Under the pieces are notes generated by a model. It saw nothing but the letters and a program-made list of their open reading frames with translations, ran no database searches and had not been told where the DNA came from. A program made the position numbers and the translations under genes. From contig JAVZLK010000006.1 in the NCBI GenBank assembly GCA_038883795.1, forward strand, positions 1-64,000: DNA of 64,000 nt, read 5' to 3'. This DNA is from Candidatus Bathyarchaeia archaeon. Lineage in GTDB: Archaea; Thermoproteota; Bathyarchaeia; Bathyarchaeales; Bathycorpusculaceae. The number at the start of each line of letters is the position of its first letter. The stretch's first letter is position 1. Below are positions 27,869-37,528 of the stretch, in pieces.

Positions 27869-28933
27869 GTGGAGAAATTTCTTGAGGAAAAAGCTGCTTT
27901 AATTGATAAAACCATTGAAAAATATATTCCACGAAAATTCACAAAAGAAGCTTTGATTTTCAAACTGAACCCGCCTAGCCATTCGCATAATTTGGAAGCA
28001 TTAAATAAGGCGATTGCCGAACCAATCTGGGAGTTTCTTGAAAGAGGTGGAAAACGGTGGCGTCCAGCACTCTTCCTATTAATTATTGAAGCCTTGGGCA
28101 AAAATCCAAAAGATTTTGTTGATTTCGCCATAATCCCAGAAGTAATCCATAATGGAACGTTAATGGTTGATGACGTAGAAGACTCGTCAGAATTTCGAAG
28201 GGGAAAACCCTGCACATATAAAATTTATGGATTAGACATAGCCATAAACGCTGGAAATGCCATGTATTACCTTCCGCTTTTACCCCTAATAAAAAATAGA
28301 GATAAAATAGCTAAAGAAAAACTATGCAAAGTTTATGAAATTTATGTTCAAGAAATGATTAGCCTAAGCCTAGGACAAGCCATGGACATCGCATGGCACA
28401 GGGGCATAGCAAACGCAGACAAACTGGAAGAAATGGATTATTTACAAATGTGCGCCTACAAAACTGGAACCTTAGCAAGAATGGCAGCCAAAATGGCAGC
28501 GGTTCTAGCAGACGCAAACGAAGAATTAACAGATAAGCTTGGACATTTCGCTGAAAGTATAGGCGTGGCGTTCCAAATGCAAGACGACATATTAGATTTG
28601 ACAGGCGAAGAATTTGCAGAGAAAAAGGGCGGACGCGGACAAGACATAACCGAGGGAAAGAGAAGTCTAATCGTAATTCACACATTGAAAGTGGCAGACG
28701 CCAAAGACAGGGGAAGACTTATTGAAATTCTCAACATGCACACTACAGACCAAAAACTGAAAGACGAGGCCATAAAGATCATGGAAAAATACGACTCCGT
28801 AAATTACGCAAAAAATTTTGCAAGAAAAATTGTTGAGGAAAGCTGGAAAGAAGTTGAAAGACTTCTGCCAGCTTCTGAAGCGAAGGAAAAGATAAATGCC
28901 TTTGCAAAGTTTCTAATTGAACGGAAAATCTAA
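27869..28933 (+). CDS. idsA: Geranylgeranyl diphosphate synthase (polyprenyl synthetase)
   Basis: GGKRWRP, DDVED..RRG, FQMQDDILD. Confidence 0.9.
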   Translation: MEKFLEEKAALIDKTIEKYIPRKFTKEALIFKLNPPSHSHNLEALNKAIAEPIWEFLERGGKRWRPALFLLIIEALGKNPKDFVDFAIIPEVIHNGTLMVDDVEDSSEFRRGKPCTYKIYGLDIAINAGNAMYYLPLLPLIKNRDKIAKEKLCKVYEIYVQEMISLSLGQAMDIAWHRGIANADKLEEMDYLQMCAYKTGTLARMAAKMAAVLADANEELTDKLGHFAESIGVAFQMQDDILDLTGEEFAEKKGGRGQDITEGKRSLIVIHTLKVADAKDRGRLIEILNMHTTDQKLKDEAIKIMEKYDSVNYAKNFARKIVEESWKEVERLLPASEAKEKINAFAKFLIERKI

Positions 28934-28959
28934 AAGAGAAAGAACAGAGTGCGAAACCT

Positions 28960-30714
28960 TTGAAATTAGAAGAAGATGTAACGCTTACAGAGAGCATTCG
29001 AAAAGCTGCTCTGTTAAATGCGGTTAGGCATGAAGGAAAAGCCCAAGCTGGACCCGTCATCGGAAAAATTTTAGGCGAAAAACCAGAACTAAAAACAAAG
29101 GTTAAAGAATTATCCGCCCTCGTTAACGCCATAGTTCAAGAAGTAAACAGCCTATCTTTACAAGAACAAAAGCGTATAGTTGAAGAGAAATGGCCAGAAG
29201 CCCTTGTAAAAGAGAAGGTTGAAGAGGAGAAACGCCTTCCACCCTTGCCAAACGTGGATAAGTACGCCAAAGTTGTCACGCGGTTTTCGCCAAACCCAGA
29301 CTGTGTACTCCATTTGGGTTCGGCGAGAGCCATAATATTATGTTATGAATACGCTCGCATGTATAAGGGCAAATTTATTTTGCGTTTTGAGGATACGGAT
29401 CCCAAGTTGAAGAGGCCTGTTTTGGAGTTTTATGACCGTATCCGAGAGGATTTGGCTTGGCTTGGATGCAAACCTGATGAGGAGTATATTCAAAGCGACA
29501 GAATCCCAATTTATTATGAGTTTGCTGAAAGATTGCTTCGAGAAGGTAATGCTTATGTTTGTACATGCCCACCAGAACAGTTTAGAAAGAAAATATTAGC
29601 CAGTCAGCCTTGCAAATGCCGCGATTTGTCGCCAGAAAAGCAGCTTGAAAGATGGCAACACATGCTAAAAGGCGATTATAAAGAAGGTGAAGCCGTATTC
29701 CGAGTAAAAACGGATTTGAACCATCCAAACCCAGCCGTTAGGGACTGGCCAGCCCTCCGCATTATAGATTCCGAAAAATATCCGCATCCAAGGGTTGGAA
29801 GCAAATATCATGTTTGGCCACTCTACAATTTTGCTTGCGGTTTAGACGACCACCTCATGGGTGTAACCCACATAATCCGAGGTAAAGAGCATTTAACAAA
29901 CATGGTTCGGCAAGAATACATGTATAAGTATTTGGGATGGCAATACCCAGAAGCCATACATTATGGAAGGCTTAAAATAACTAGAGCGTCGCTAAGCAAA
30001 TCAAAAATAGTTCAAGGAATAAGGGAGGGCCTCTATAAAGATTGGGATGACCCCCGCTTGGCAACTTTTGCAGCCTTGCGAAGACGTGGAATTACGCCTG
30101 AAGCCATTAAGAAAATGATAGTTGATGTTGGACCCAAAACTTCAGATGTGATTTTAAGCTGGGAAAACTTGTACGCTTATAACCGTAAAATCTTGGACGC
30201 ATCAGCCGACAGATACTTTTTCGTAAATAACCCCATAGAATTAACAGTAAAGCAGATTCCAAAAGAGTTTAGAGCAAGGCTTCCCTTGCATCCGGAACAC
30301 CCTGAAAGAGGCTATAGAGAATACGCCATAAAACCCAAAGAAAAGGGGAACATCGCAACTTTTTGGGTTTCAAAGATGGATGTGGAAGTTTCAAAAATCG
30401 GCAATGTTATACGCTTGATGGAGTTATTTAATGTGAAAATCGAAAAAGTAGAGGCATATTCTGCAGAAGCATCCTTTGTCAGCGAATCCTACGAAGAAGC
30501 AAGAAAAGCCAAGGCTCAACTGATTCACTGGATACCTATAGGCGAGGACATGCCATGCCAAGTGGTAATGCCAGATGCCACAATAGCAGATGGCATAGCC
30601 GAAAACCTTTGCAAAAATCTGAAGCCAAACACCATAATACAGTTTGAAAGGTTCGGCTTTGTCAGAGTAGACAAGGTTAACATGAAATTGACAGCCTACT
30701 ACACCCACAAGTAG
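28960..30714 (+). CDS. gltX: Glutamate-tRNA ligase
   Basis: RFSPNP, HLGS, RFEDTDP, LSKS, QFERFGF. Confidence 0.96.
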   Translation: MKLEEDVTLTESIRKAALLNAVRHEGKAQAGPVIGKILGEKPELKTKVKELSALVNAIVQEVNSLSLQEQKRIVEEKWPEALVKEKVEEEKRLPPLPNVDKYAKVVTRFSPNPDCVLHLGSARAIILCYEYARMYKGKFILRFEDTDPKLKRPVLEFYDRIREDLAWLGCKPDEEYIQSDRIPIYYEFAERLLREGNAYVCTCPPEQFRKKILASQPCKCRDLSPEKQLERWQHMLKGDYKEGEAVFRVKTDLNHPNPAVRDWPALRIIDSEKYPHPRVGSKYHVWPLYNFACGLDDHLMGVTHIIRGKEHLTNMVRQEYMYKYLGWQYPEAIHYGRLKITRASLSKSKIVQGIREGLYKDWDDPRLATFAALRRRGITPEAIKKMIVDVGPKTSDVILSWENLYAYNRKILDASADRYFFVNNPIELTVKQIPKEFRARLPLHPEHPERGYREYAIKPKEKGNIATFWVSKMDVEVSKIGNVIRLMELFNVKIEKVEAYSAEASFVSESYEEARKAKAQLIHWIPIGEDMPCQVVMPDATIADGIAENLCKNLKPNTIIQFERFGFVRVDKVNMKLTAYYTHK

Positions 30715-30726
30715 AGGTGAACTGAC

Positions 30727-31026
30727 ATGCGCAAAACAGAAAAAATAATTGTTTGGCCAGCATACTTCGACTCAACAAAAACAAGAAAAGAGGGTAGACG
30801 CGTTCCTAAAAATTTGGCGGTTCCATCGCCGAAGGTTTTGGAGTTAAAAGAAGCCGCTGAAAAAATTGGCTTGGAGTACGAAGTGGTTCCAGACTCTAGT
30901 TATCCAAAAACACCTTGGCAGAAAACGGGTATGCTACTAATAAAGAAGAGAGAAGCAAAGGCTCAGATAATTAAGAAAATTGCAAAACAGCTAGCAAAAA
31001 TCCGAAGCACCATCACAACAAAATAG
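30727..31026 (+). CDS. srp19: Signal recognition particle 19 kDa protein
   Basis: WPAYFD...EGRRVP, YPK. Confidence 0.94.
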   Translation: MRKTEKIIVWPAYFDSTKTRKEGRRVPKNLAVPSPKVLELKEAAEKIGLEYEVVPDSSYPKTPWQKTGMLLIKKREAKAQIIKKIAKQLAKIRSTITTK

Positions 31027-31033
31027 TATACGA

Positions 31034-31432
31034 TTAGCTCTTTTCTTCTTCGCCTAAAAGAACAGCATTTATTACTCCATCTTGCCCTGGGCGGGACGTA
31101 ACGCGGGCTAAGCCCAAGGAGGTTTCGATTATTGCGCCTTTTGTTATTACGCCTCTCCGGTCGTAATCGATGTTAACTGGGTTTTTGGCAACACGGATAA
31201 TTTCGACTTTTTCCGTTTTTCCACTTTTTGGGTCCGTTACGCAAGCATACTTATCGCTTAAAACCTTGATTTTTATGGTTCCGCCCCTTCCCTTAACTAT
31301 TTTCTTTTTGGGTTCGCCAAGGGTTGTTTCTACTGGAAATCTTCCCTCTTCAAATTTTCTTTTGCTTCTATAGGCTCTTTTTCTGCCTCCTGAAGGCTTT
31401 CTCTTGTGTAAATCGCCATGCCAAACTGACAT
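31034..31432 (-). CDS. rps8e: 30S ribosomal protein eS8
   Basis: ITKGAII, VTSRPGQDG. Confidence 0.96.
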   Translation of the reverse strand: MSVWHGDLHKRKPSGGRKRAYRSKRKFEEGRFPVETTLGEPKKKIVKGRGGTIKIKVLSDKYACVTDPKSGKTEKVEIIRVAKNPVNIDYDRRGVITKGAIIETSLGLARVTSRPGQDGVINAVLLGEEEKS

Positions 31433-31491
31433 TGCTCATTTCCCTTTTTAATCTTAAGTGTTCACTAACACCGTCTTTTACGCATATAAAC

Positions 31492-32103
31492 CTATCCATG
31501 CTGAGAGTGAGGCTTCTCTTGTTTTGAGTAATCTTCAAAAACATGTTTCAACTCTTTTTTCATGACAGTAACATCGTGGCTTAAACCGAAATAATCCGCA
31601 AAATATTCTGTTGTTCTAAGAACTGTTGAACGCCCGCTTCTTTCAGCAGAAACTAAACCCATTTCCTTTAACATTCTTATGTGAATGTAAGCGTGGTGTC
31701 CCCGAACCTCAACAACTCTTTTCTGGGATACAGGTTGTCTATAGGCTATGTAGGAGAGGGTTTTCAAAGGACCAAGGGAAAGCAATGGTCTGTTGACAAA
31801 TTTTCTAACATAAGGCGTGAAATCGGCTTTCAACTGCAAAACATACCGTTCATCTTTTAACTCCAAAATTTCAAGGGCTGTATTCCTATTCGCATAAGCT
31901 TTCATAAGCTCTTTGGCAAGCTTTCTAACCTTATTCTTGGAACGAGTTTTCAAAACCGAACATAATTCGTTTAAGTTTAATGGACGTCCAGCCACATATA
32001 GCGCAGCCTCTAAGAGAGCTAAGTCGTGCTCCATTTTCTCCGCATTTTGCCCTTTAAAGGATTCAGTGCTCAAATTAAGTGCTGGTTTCTCCGCCTTCTG
32101 CAA
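31492..32103 (-). CDS. scpB: Condensin subunit ScpB
   Basis: LEAALY, TLSYIAYRQP, TT..F..YFG. Confidence 0.92.
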   Translation of the reverse strand: MQKAEKPALNLSTESFKGQNAEKMEHDLALLEAALYVAGRPLNLNELCSVLKTRSKNKVRKLAKELMKAYANRNTALEILELKDERYVLQLKADFTPYVRKFVNRPLLSLGPLKTLSYIAYRQPVSQKRVVEVRGHHAYIHIRMLKEMGLVSAERSGRSTVLRTTEYFADYFGLSHDVTVMKKELKHVFEDYSKQEKPHSQHG

Positions 32104-32773
32104 GTTTCAAATCCCCAATAGTTATGTATATTTCCTCGGTTTCTTCGTTCTGCCAGAGGCTTACTTTTCCATTCTGCGCCAAAAACAACAAAAGAATAAA
32201 ATCACGGATAGCTTCAAGGCGGCTTAAACCCTTTATGAAAGCTGAAAACTCGATTATTCCTGCCCCCTTAACCCTTTCCGCAAGAGAGGCGTAAAGCTTC
32301 TCCATCTGCACCTCAATTTCCATCAAATATAAGTCTAGTTGAGGCAGAATTTCGGAAGGTGTTGGAAGAACACTTTCCTCAACAACTTTTTCAAAACGAA
32401 CCAAACCTTCACTTTTTAAGACGTCATCTAAAACTTCCAGCAGATGCCTTATTGTAGTTGAAGTTAATTCATGCCTAAGGGGCAAAAACAAGGGTGGCGG
32501 AATAAAATCCTGCGGAGTTTTTGGCGGTGGCGGCTCTTCAAGTTTTAACAAAAGTTTAGATTTCATTAGGTATATGAGGGCTGAAGAATCAAGCGCCACA
32601 CCGGAGGCCCTAAAATCTATCTGCCCGGATTTTTCCATCTCTTCAAGAAAGCTTGTCAATAAATAGGCAATGTTAATGTGCCAGGGAGTAAGCCTCTCAA
32701 GCTTATGAAAATCAAACAGAATATTCCATGGAGGACGAAGATAAAATGGCTTTTTGACCGCTGTGGTTGCCAT
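32075..32773 (-). CDS. scpA: Kleisin ScpA
   Basis: PW.INI, YLMKS..L, FILLLFLA...V.LWQ; lies between smc and scpB. Confidence 0.85.
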   Translation of the reverse strand: MATTAVKKPFYLRPPWNILFDFHKLERLTPWHINIAYLLTSFLEEMEKSGQIDFRASGVALDSSALIYLMKSKLLLKLEEPPPPKTPQDFIPPPLFLPLRHELTSTTIRHLLEVLDDVLKSEGLVRFEKVVEESVLPTPSEILPQLDLYLMEIEVQMEKLYASLAERVKGAGIIEFSAFIKGLSRLEAIRDFILLLFLAQNGKVSLWQNEETEEIYITIGDLKLAEGGETST

Positions 32774-35700
32774 CAGCTCGGCACCTCTAAGAACTTAGCT
32801 GAAATAACATTTGAAACGCCGTTGCGTTCATAAACTCCATAAACCTTCTGAGCTTTATTCACCATTTCAGGCTTCAAAGTTATGACTATAAACTGGGTTT
32901 TTTCAGACTCCTCTACAAGGAGGTCGGCAAGCTTTGAAACGTGGAAGGCATCTAAGTGAGCGTCTATTTCATCGAGAATGTAGAAGGATGTTGGCGTAAT
33001 CTCCTTAAGCGTGAAAAGGAAAGCGACAGCCGCAACAGAGCGTTCACCGCCGCTTGCTCCGCTCACAACTATGGAAGGCTTGTGGGGAAACTGAACTATC
33101 ATGTCGATGCCGCCAGAAAATGGGGCGTCGGGATTCTCAAGCTTCAAGGTGGCATTTCCCCCGCCAGTAAGTTTTGAAAAGTATTTTTGTAGGTTGGCGT
33201 TAATTTTTTCAAAGGCTTCCATGAAGACTTTTCTTTTCTTCTTTTCAATTTCATCCATAAACTGGACTATGGCTTGCTTTTCCCTTTCCAGCTCGTTCAA
33301 CCTTAGGGATAGTTCCTTATACCGTGAAATTTGTTCGGCATAGTGCGACAAGGCAAGCTGGTTCACAGCACCTATTCTTTCAAGCTCAAACTTCATCATC
33401 CTCATTGACAATTCGGCTTCTTCAACCTGCTTAGGCGTTACTTCTAATGGTTGTTCGTAGCCAAGCTGTTTAAGCTCGTTTCTGTACTGCTCAAGCTGAA
33501 GCAGAGAAGTTTGGATGTTGAGTTGAAGCTGGTTTAATAAGCGGTCGGCTTGCTCGTATTCTGAGTCAAGCTTTCTGAGCTCCTTATCTATATCATCTAT
33601 TTGGGCAGTGAACTTTTTGGCTTCCTCCCTCGCAGAGAAAACTGTTTTAGAAAGTTCAATGCGGCTTTTCTCCAGCTCTGAAAGCTCTTGCTTTAGCGAT
33701 TCCCGTTCCTGCAATGCGTCAGCAACTTCCTTCTCAACCCTTCTCAATTGCTGTTCAACTTTTGCAAGTTCAATTTTCGCGTTTTTGTAGCCAACTCTTA
33801 AAACATTGTCGAATTGGGATTGGAGGGTTGAAATTTCAGTTTGAAGTGTGCCCAGCTTCTGTCTTAAAATGATAATTTCTTCTGAGAGTTTCTCTCTTTT
33901 AACTTCTAACTCTTGAATGTGTGATGGGTCTGTTTTGCGCCTAAGAGAAGTTAGCTCATCTTGAAGTTTCCTTAACTCTTTTTGGATGGAGCTCCTTTCA
34001 GCCTTGTTCAGCCACATCTGAGCTTTTTCATCCTCAATTTCCTTCTCAAACTTTGCAATGTAACGGTCAACCCTTCGAACGTTGCCCCTTGTCCTTTTAA
34101 CGCTTCTTTTAACCCTCGCAATTTCCCTATCTAGGGTGGTTATAGCTTCAGATAAGCGTGCAATTTCAACACGGGTCTTGTCTATCTCCTCTTCAAAAGA
34201 AGCAATGTCACTTGTTCTTCGTGAGAGATGCTGTTGAAGGGCGTTAACGGCTTCGTCGAGACTTTTTATGGCTACCTCGCTTGGAATAATTGCGGAAAAG
34301 TCGATTGGAGCCCGATAGTAGCCGCCTTCGAGAGCAGCCCCTCCTGCCTCATAAAGGTCTCCATTAACCGTAACTGCCCTGTAGCCTTCGCTTGATAGTG
34401 CAAAGGCAGTTTTATCATCAGAAACAATTAGCGTGTCGCCGAAAACATAGTTTATGGCTGGTTCGTAATGTTTTTCGCATTTTATGAAATAGGGGGCTAG
34501 GCCGTTTATTCCCTCTTTTTCTGGGATTTTTATGGTTTTAGGAGTTAACGTTCCTTGTAGGGGGATTATTTTTACTCTTCCCAACTTCATTCTTCTTAAA
34601 GTTTCTGCGCAGGTGAAGGCTGAATCAAAATCCTTAACAACTATGGCATCGAGCCATCCAGCAGCTGCGGCCTCAATTGCTTGTTGATAAGCCTTGTCAA
34701 TTTTGACAAGCTTGCGGAGCCTTCCATAAACGCCTGGAATTACACCTAATTCGCCTAATTCTTCTATGCTTCTCAGGGCTTTTTCTTCTGAGGCTACTGT
34801 TTCTGCAATTTCTCTTTGTGTGGCAAACTCTACAACGGCTGCACGGGCGGAATCTGCTATTTTTCCAGCTTCAGCTATTTCCCTTTCTATGGCTTCTTTT
34901 TGGGCGATTCTCCGCTCAAGCATCCGCTCCAAATTTTTAAGCTGAGTTTTCTGCTCCTTCTGTACCTTTTCAAGCTCAGCTAAAGATTTTTCAAGGTCAC
35001 TTAGTGTAGATGTGAATCTTTCTCTGCGGTCCTTTAGATCCTTAAGCCGTCTGGTGCGGATTTTAATGGCTGTTTCATGCTTTACTTGTTCAGTTTTTAA
35101 GTAGGCAAGTTTTTTGTTGTGACTGCTGATTTGCTGTTCTATTTCGCGGATTCTTTTGCTGTTTTCTCCTAGATTCTCCCAGAGTTGAGCGGCTTCAGCT
35201 GCCAAAGCGTCATGTTCAGCCTGTTTTGCTTTTATTCGACTGGAAATTTCTTCATGCTCGGTTCTTAACTGTTTTATTTTGAGGCGGTTTGCGTGAATTT
35301 CTTTTCTTATGGATTCATACTGTTGAAGAGTGTTTTCCCTAATCCGTTTTAAGCCTTCAAGGGTTGTTTTTCCAGAGGTTATTTTGGTTGTTAATTCGGT
35401 AAGTTTTGATTTTAACTCGCCTATTCTTATTTGAACCTTTAATACTTGGGAACCGCCTTCTTCGACGATTTCTGAGCTTAATTTTCGCCATTCACCTTCC
35501 ACTTCTCTTCTCTTTAATCTATACTTCTCTCGAAGTTCCCTCAATTTTTCAACTTTGCTTCGGATGCTATCGGCTTGGGAGGAAATTTCCTTCACTTTCT
35601 TTTGTAGCTGCGCCATGTCATGCGACAGCTTCACGGTTTCAAACTTTTTTATCTCTTCCTGGAGAAAATTGTACCTTAAAAGTTGGTTGCGTTCCCTTTC

Positions 35701-36327
35701 TAAGTCATCCACTCTCTTTTGCACTTCGTCTATTCTGCCCATGGCAGTACTTATGGAAAGGTCTGCCGCCCGAAGTTTTTCTTCAGCTTCAGCCTTTTCA
35801 GCATCATACTGGGCTATGCCAACCAAATCCTCAATAATTTTCCTCCGTTCAATCGGCGAAATATCAGTCAATCGGGTTATTGTGCCCTGTAAGATTATGT
35901 TTTGGCTTGTGGAGCTTAACCCAGCCATGGAAAGAATTTCTAAGATGTGCGCTCTTGAGATTCTTCTGCCATTAAGCCTATACACGCTTTGTCCGTTTCT
36001 GTAAACCTCTCTTGAAATGGTAACGGTTGCTGTGTCAACGGGCATGCGTCCATCAGAATTGTCAAATTGAATTATGACTTTAGCCATCTTCGCCCTTTCC
36101 AGTCCAGCCTTCTCAGAGCCGTGAAAAATTAGTTTTGCAGCATTTTCCGCCCGAAGCCTTCTTGTGCTTAATTCGCCTAAAGCGAATAGGGTTGCGTCAA
36201 CAATGTTTGTTTTTCCGCTGCCATTTGGACCAGTAATTGCCGTGAAACCCTTATCTAACACTACTTTAACGGTTTGCGGACCGAAAGATTTGAAGCCTTT
36301 AAGCTCAATTTTTTTAATGTAGGGCAT
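32773..36327 (-). CDS. smc: Chromosome segregation protein SMC
   Basis: GFKSF, GPNGSGKT, hinge GVYG...LGR, SGGE, DEIDAHLD. Confidence 0.97.
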   Translation of the reverse strand: MPYIKKIELKGFKSFGPQTVKVVLDKGFTAITGPNGSGKTNIVDATLFALGELSTRRLRAENAAKLIFHGSEKAGLERAKMAKVIIQFDNSDGRMPVDTATVTISREVYRNGQSVYRLNGRRISRAHILEILSMAGLSSTSQNIILQGTITRLTDISPIERRKIIEDLVGIAQYDAEKAEAEEKLRAADLSISTAMGRIDEVQKRVDDLERERNQLLRYNFLQEEIKKFETVKLSHDMAQLQKKVKEISSQADSIRSKVEKLRELREKYRLKRREVEGEWRKLSSEIVEEGGSQVLKVQIRIGELKSKLTELTTKITSGKTTLEGLKRIRENTLQQYESIRKEIHANRLKIKQLRTEHEEISSRIKAKQAEHDALAAEAAQLWENLGENSKRIREIEQQISSHNKKLAYLKTEQVKHETAIKIRTRRLKDLKDRRERFTSTLSDLEKSLAELEKVQKEQKTQLKNLERMLERRIAQKEAIEREIAEAGKIADSARAAVVEFATQREIAETVASEEKALRSIEELGELGVIPGVYGRLRKLVKIDKAYQQAIEAAAAGWLDAIVVKDFDSAFTCAETLRRMKLGRVKIIPLQGTLTPKTIKIPEKEGINGLAPYFIKCEKHYEPAINYVFGDTLIVSDDKTAFALSSEGYRAVTVNGDLYEAGGAALEGGYYRAPIDFSAIIPSEVAIKSLDEAVNALQQHLSRRTSDIASFEEEIDKTRVEIARLSEAITTLDREIARVKRSVKRTRGNVRRVDRYIAKFEKEIEDEKAQMWLNKAERSSIQKELRKLQDELTSLRRKTDPSHIQELEVKREKLSEEIIILRQKLGTLQTEISTLQSQFDNVLRVGYKNAKIELAKVEQQLRRVEKEVADALQERESLKQELSELEKSRIELSKTVFSAREEAKKFTAQIDDIDKELRKLDSEYEQADRLLNQLQLNIQTSLLQLEQYRNELKQLGYEQPLEVTPKQVEEAELSMRMMKFELERIGAVNQLALSHYAEQISRYKELSLRLNELEREKQAIVQFMDEIEKKKRKVFMEAFEKINANLQKYFSKLTGGGNATLKLENPDAPFSGGIDMIVQFPHKPSIVVSGASGGERSVAAVAFLFTLKEITPTSFYILDEIDAHLDAFHVSKLADLLVEESEKTQFIVITLKPEMVNKAQKVYGVYERNGVSNVISAKFLEVPS

Positions 36328-36467
36328 TCAGTTTACGCCCTCACCTTCCCCGAAAGATGAATTTTATCTTGTAATAGACACTTTTGTATGATTTTTCTAT
36401 AAAAGTGTTTACAGCGTCAAGCTTTAACGGTTATGTACTTTTTAACGCTATTTTTCAGCTTCTAACA

Positions 36468-36965
36468 CTATTTTTTAGCCATTTTCTTGACAAACTCTTT
36501 TAGGTATACGTCTTCGCCATAAACAAGCAGACAACCATCGCTTTGAAGTTCCCAAGATAAGTTTGATTCTTTAGCTAACATTTTCAATTTTTCTAGGGGC
36601 AATTCAGCAGAAGGTTTAACTCGAATCCATTTTTGCTCCCGCGGCAAACCAGGAACAAACCTTGTTTCTTCCTCTTCCAAGTCTGGAATACGCATGCTGG
36701 CTTCGTCTAACCTTTTAAGCCACTTATTCACATATTCAACCCCAAAATTTTTCTGCCCTTCAGATATGAGGTAAGATTCCACGTTGCTGAGGTATTCCTC
36801 AATTTTTTGCATAGTTTCTCCGCGGGATGGGTCTGCCTTTAAAATTTTAATCATTGTTCTGGCAGACTTTAGGTTATCCATAATCTCTGCTGGAATTTTT
36901 ATGCTCTTTTTTCGAAATTCTAAAATCATTTCTTCCAAAACTTTCCAAACAGCCAAATAACCCAC
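36468..36965 (-). CDS. DUF2096-like protein
   Basis: W.VL..M...F, L.SAR..I, VES.LI pattern. Confidence 0.7.
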   Translation of the reverse strand: MGYLAVWKVLEEMILEFRKKSIKIPAEIMDNLKSARTMIKILKADPSRGETMQKIEEYLSNVESYLISEGQKNFGVEYVNKWLKRLDEASMRIPDLEEEETRFVPGLPREQKWIRVKPSAELPLEKLKMLAKESNLSWELQSDGCLLVYGEDVYLKEFVKKMAKK

Positions 36966-37041
36966 ATTAATCTCCCATTCTTTTGGATATAATTCGCACT
37001 ATAAAGATTTGCCGCCGCCATATTAAACACCGTCTAACCAT

Positions 37042-37440
37042 TTACATGCACTTCAGCGCATTTGTTGTTAAGCATAGCTCACATTTTTCCATGTCAAGGG
37101 CGGGGTTGAAGTTTTTGTGTAGTTGGCATAATAGTCCTTTGGCGCGAATCGTTCTACAGATTTCGCAGAACCTTTGAATGAATTCTTTATGGGATAAATT
37201 GCCTTTGGCTAATGCATCCGCCAGATTCTCTATTAATTTTGTGATTTCTGGCTCGTTTTCTAGGTTTAGGGCTTTGCCGCGCATTTTTCTTTCGTATAGG
37301 CTTATGGCTGGTTGGCTTATTCCTAATCGTTTAGCTGCCTCTTCCTGTGTTAGGTTATGTTTTGTGGTTAATGTTTTGGCTATTAGGGCTCGGACTGGGG
37401 GTAAGAGGCATTTTACTGCTACTTCGCATGGGATTAGCAT
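37042..37440 (-). CDS. XRE-type HTH regulator with C-terminal Cys cluster (COG2522-like)
   Basis: PCE..V..LLP.VRA, TQEEAA..LGISQPAISLY, CEIC...CQLH...CELC. Confidence 0.88.
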   Translation of the reverse strand: MLIPCEVAVKCLLPPVRALIAKTLTTKHNLTQEEAAKRLGISQPAISLYERKMRGKALNLENEPEITKLIENLADALAKGNLSHKEFIQRFCEICRTIRAKGLLCQLHKNFNPALDMEKCELCLTTNALKCM

Positions 37441-37469
37441 TTTATGTTGTCTCCTATGTGTATTGTGTA

Positions 37470-37504
37470 GAAAGGTATAAATATACTTTATTACAATTGT
37501 AATA
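37470..37504 (+). promoter_or_regulatory. fprA promoter (BRE/TATA) with perfect 16-bp palindromic operator
   Basis: GAAAGGTATAAAT followed by TATTACAATTGTAATA (37489-37504). Confidence 0.7.
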
Positions 37505-37528
37505 TTCAAAAAATGGAGAAAACAAAAA

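Noticed and set aside
31492-36327. SMC-ScpA-ScpB as a Wadjet-like defence system
   Set aside because: Canonical hinge-containing SMC in housekeeping context with no JetD-like nuclease; ordinary condensin.
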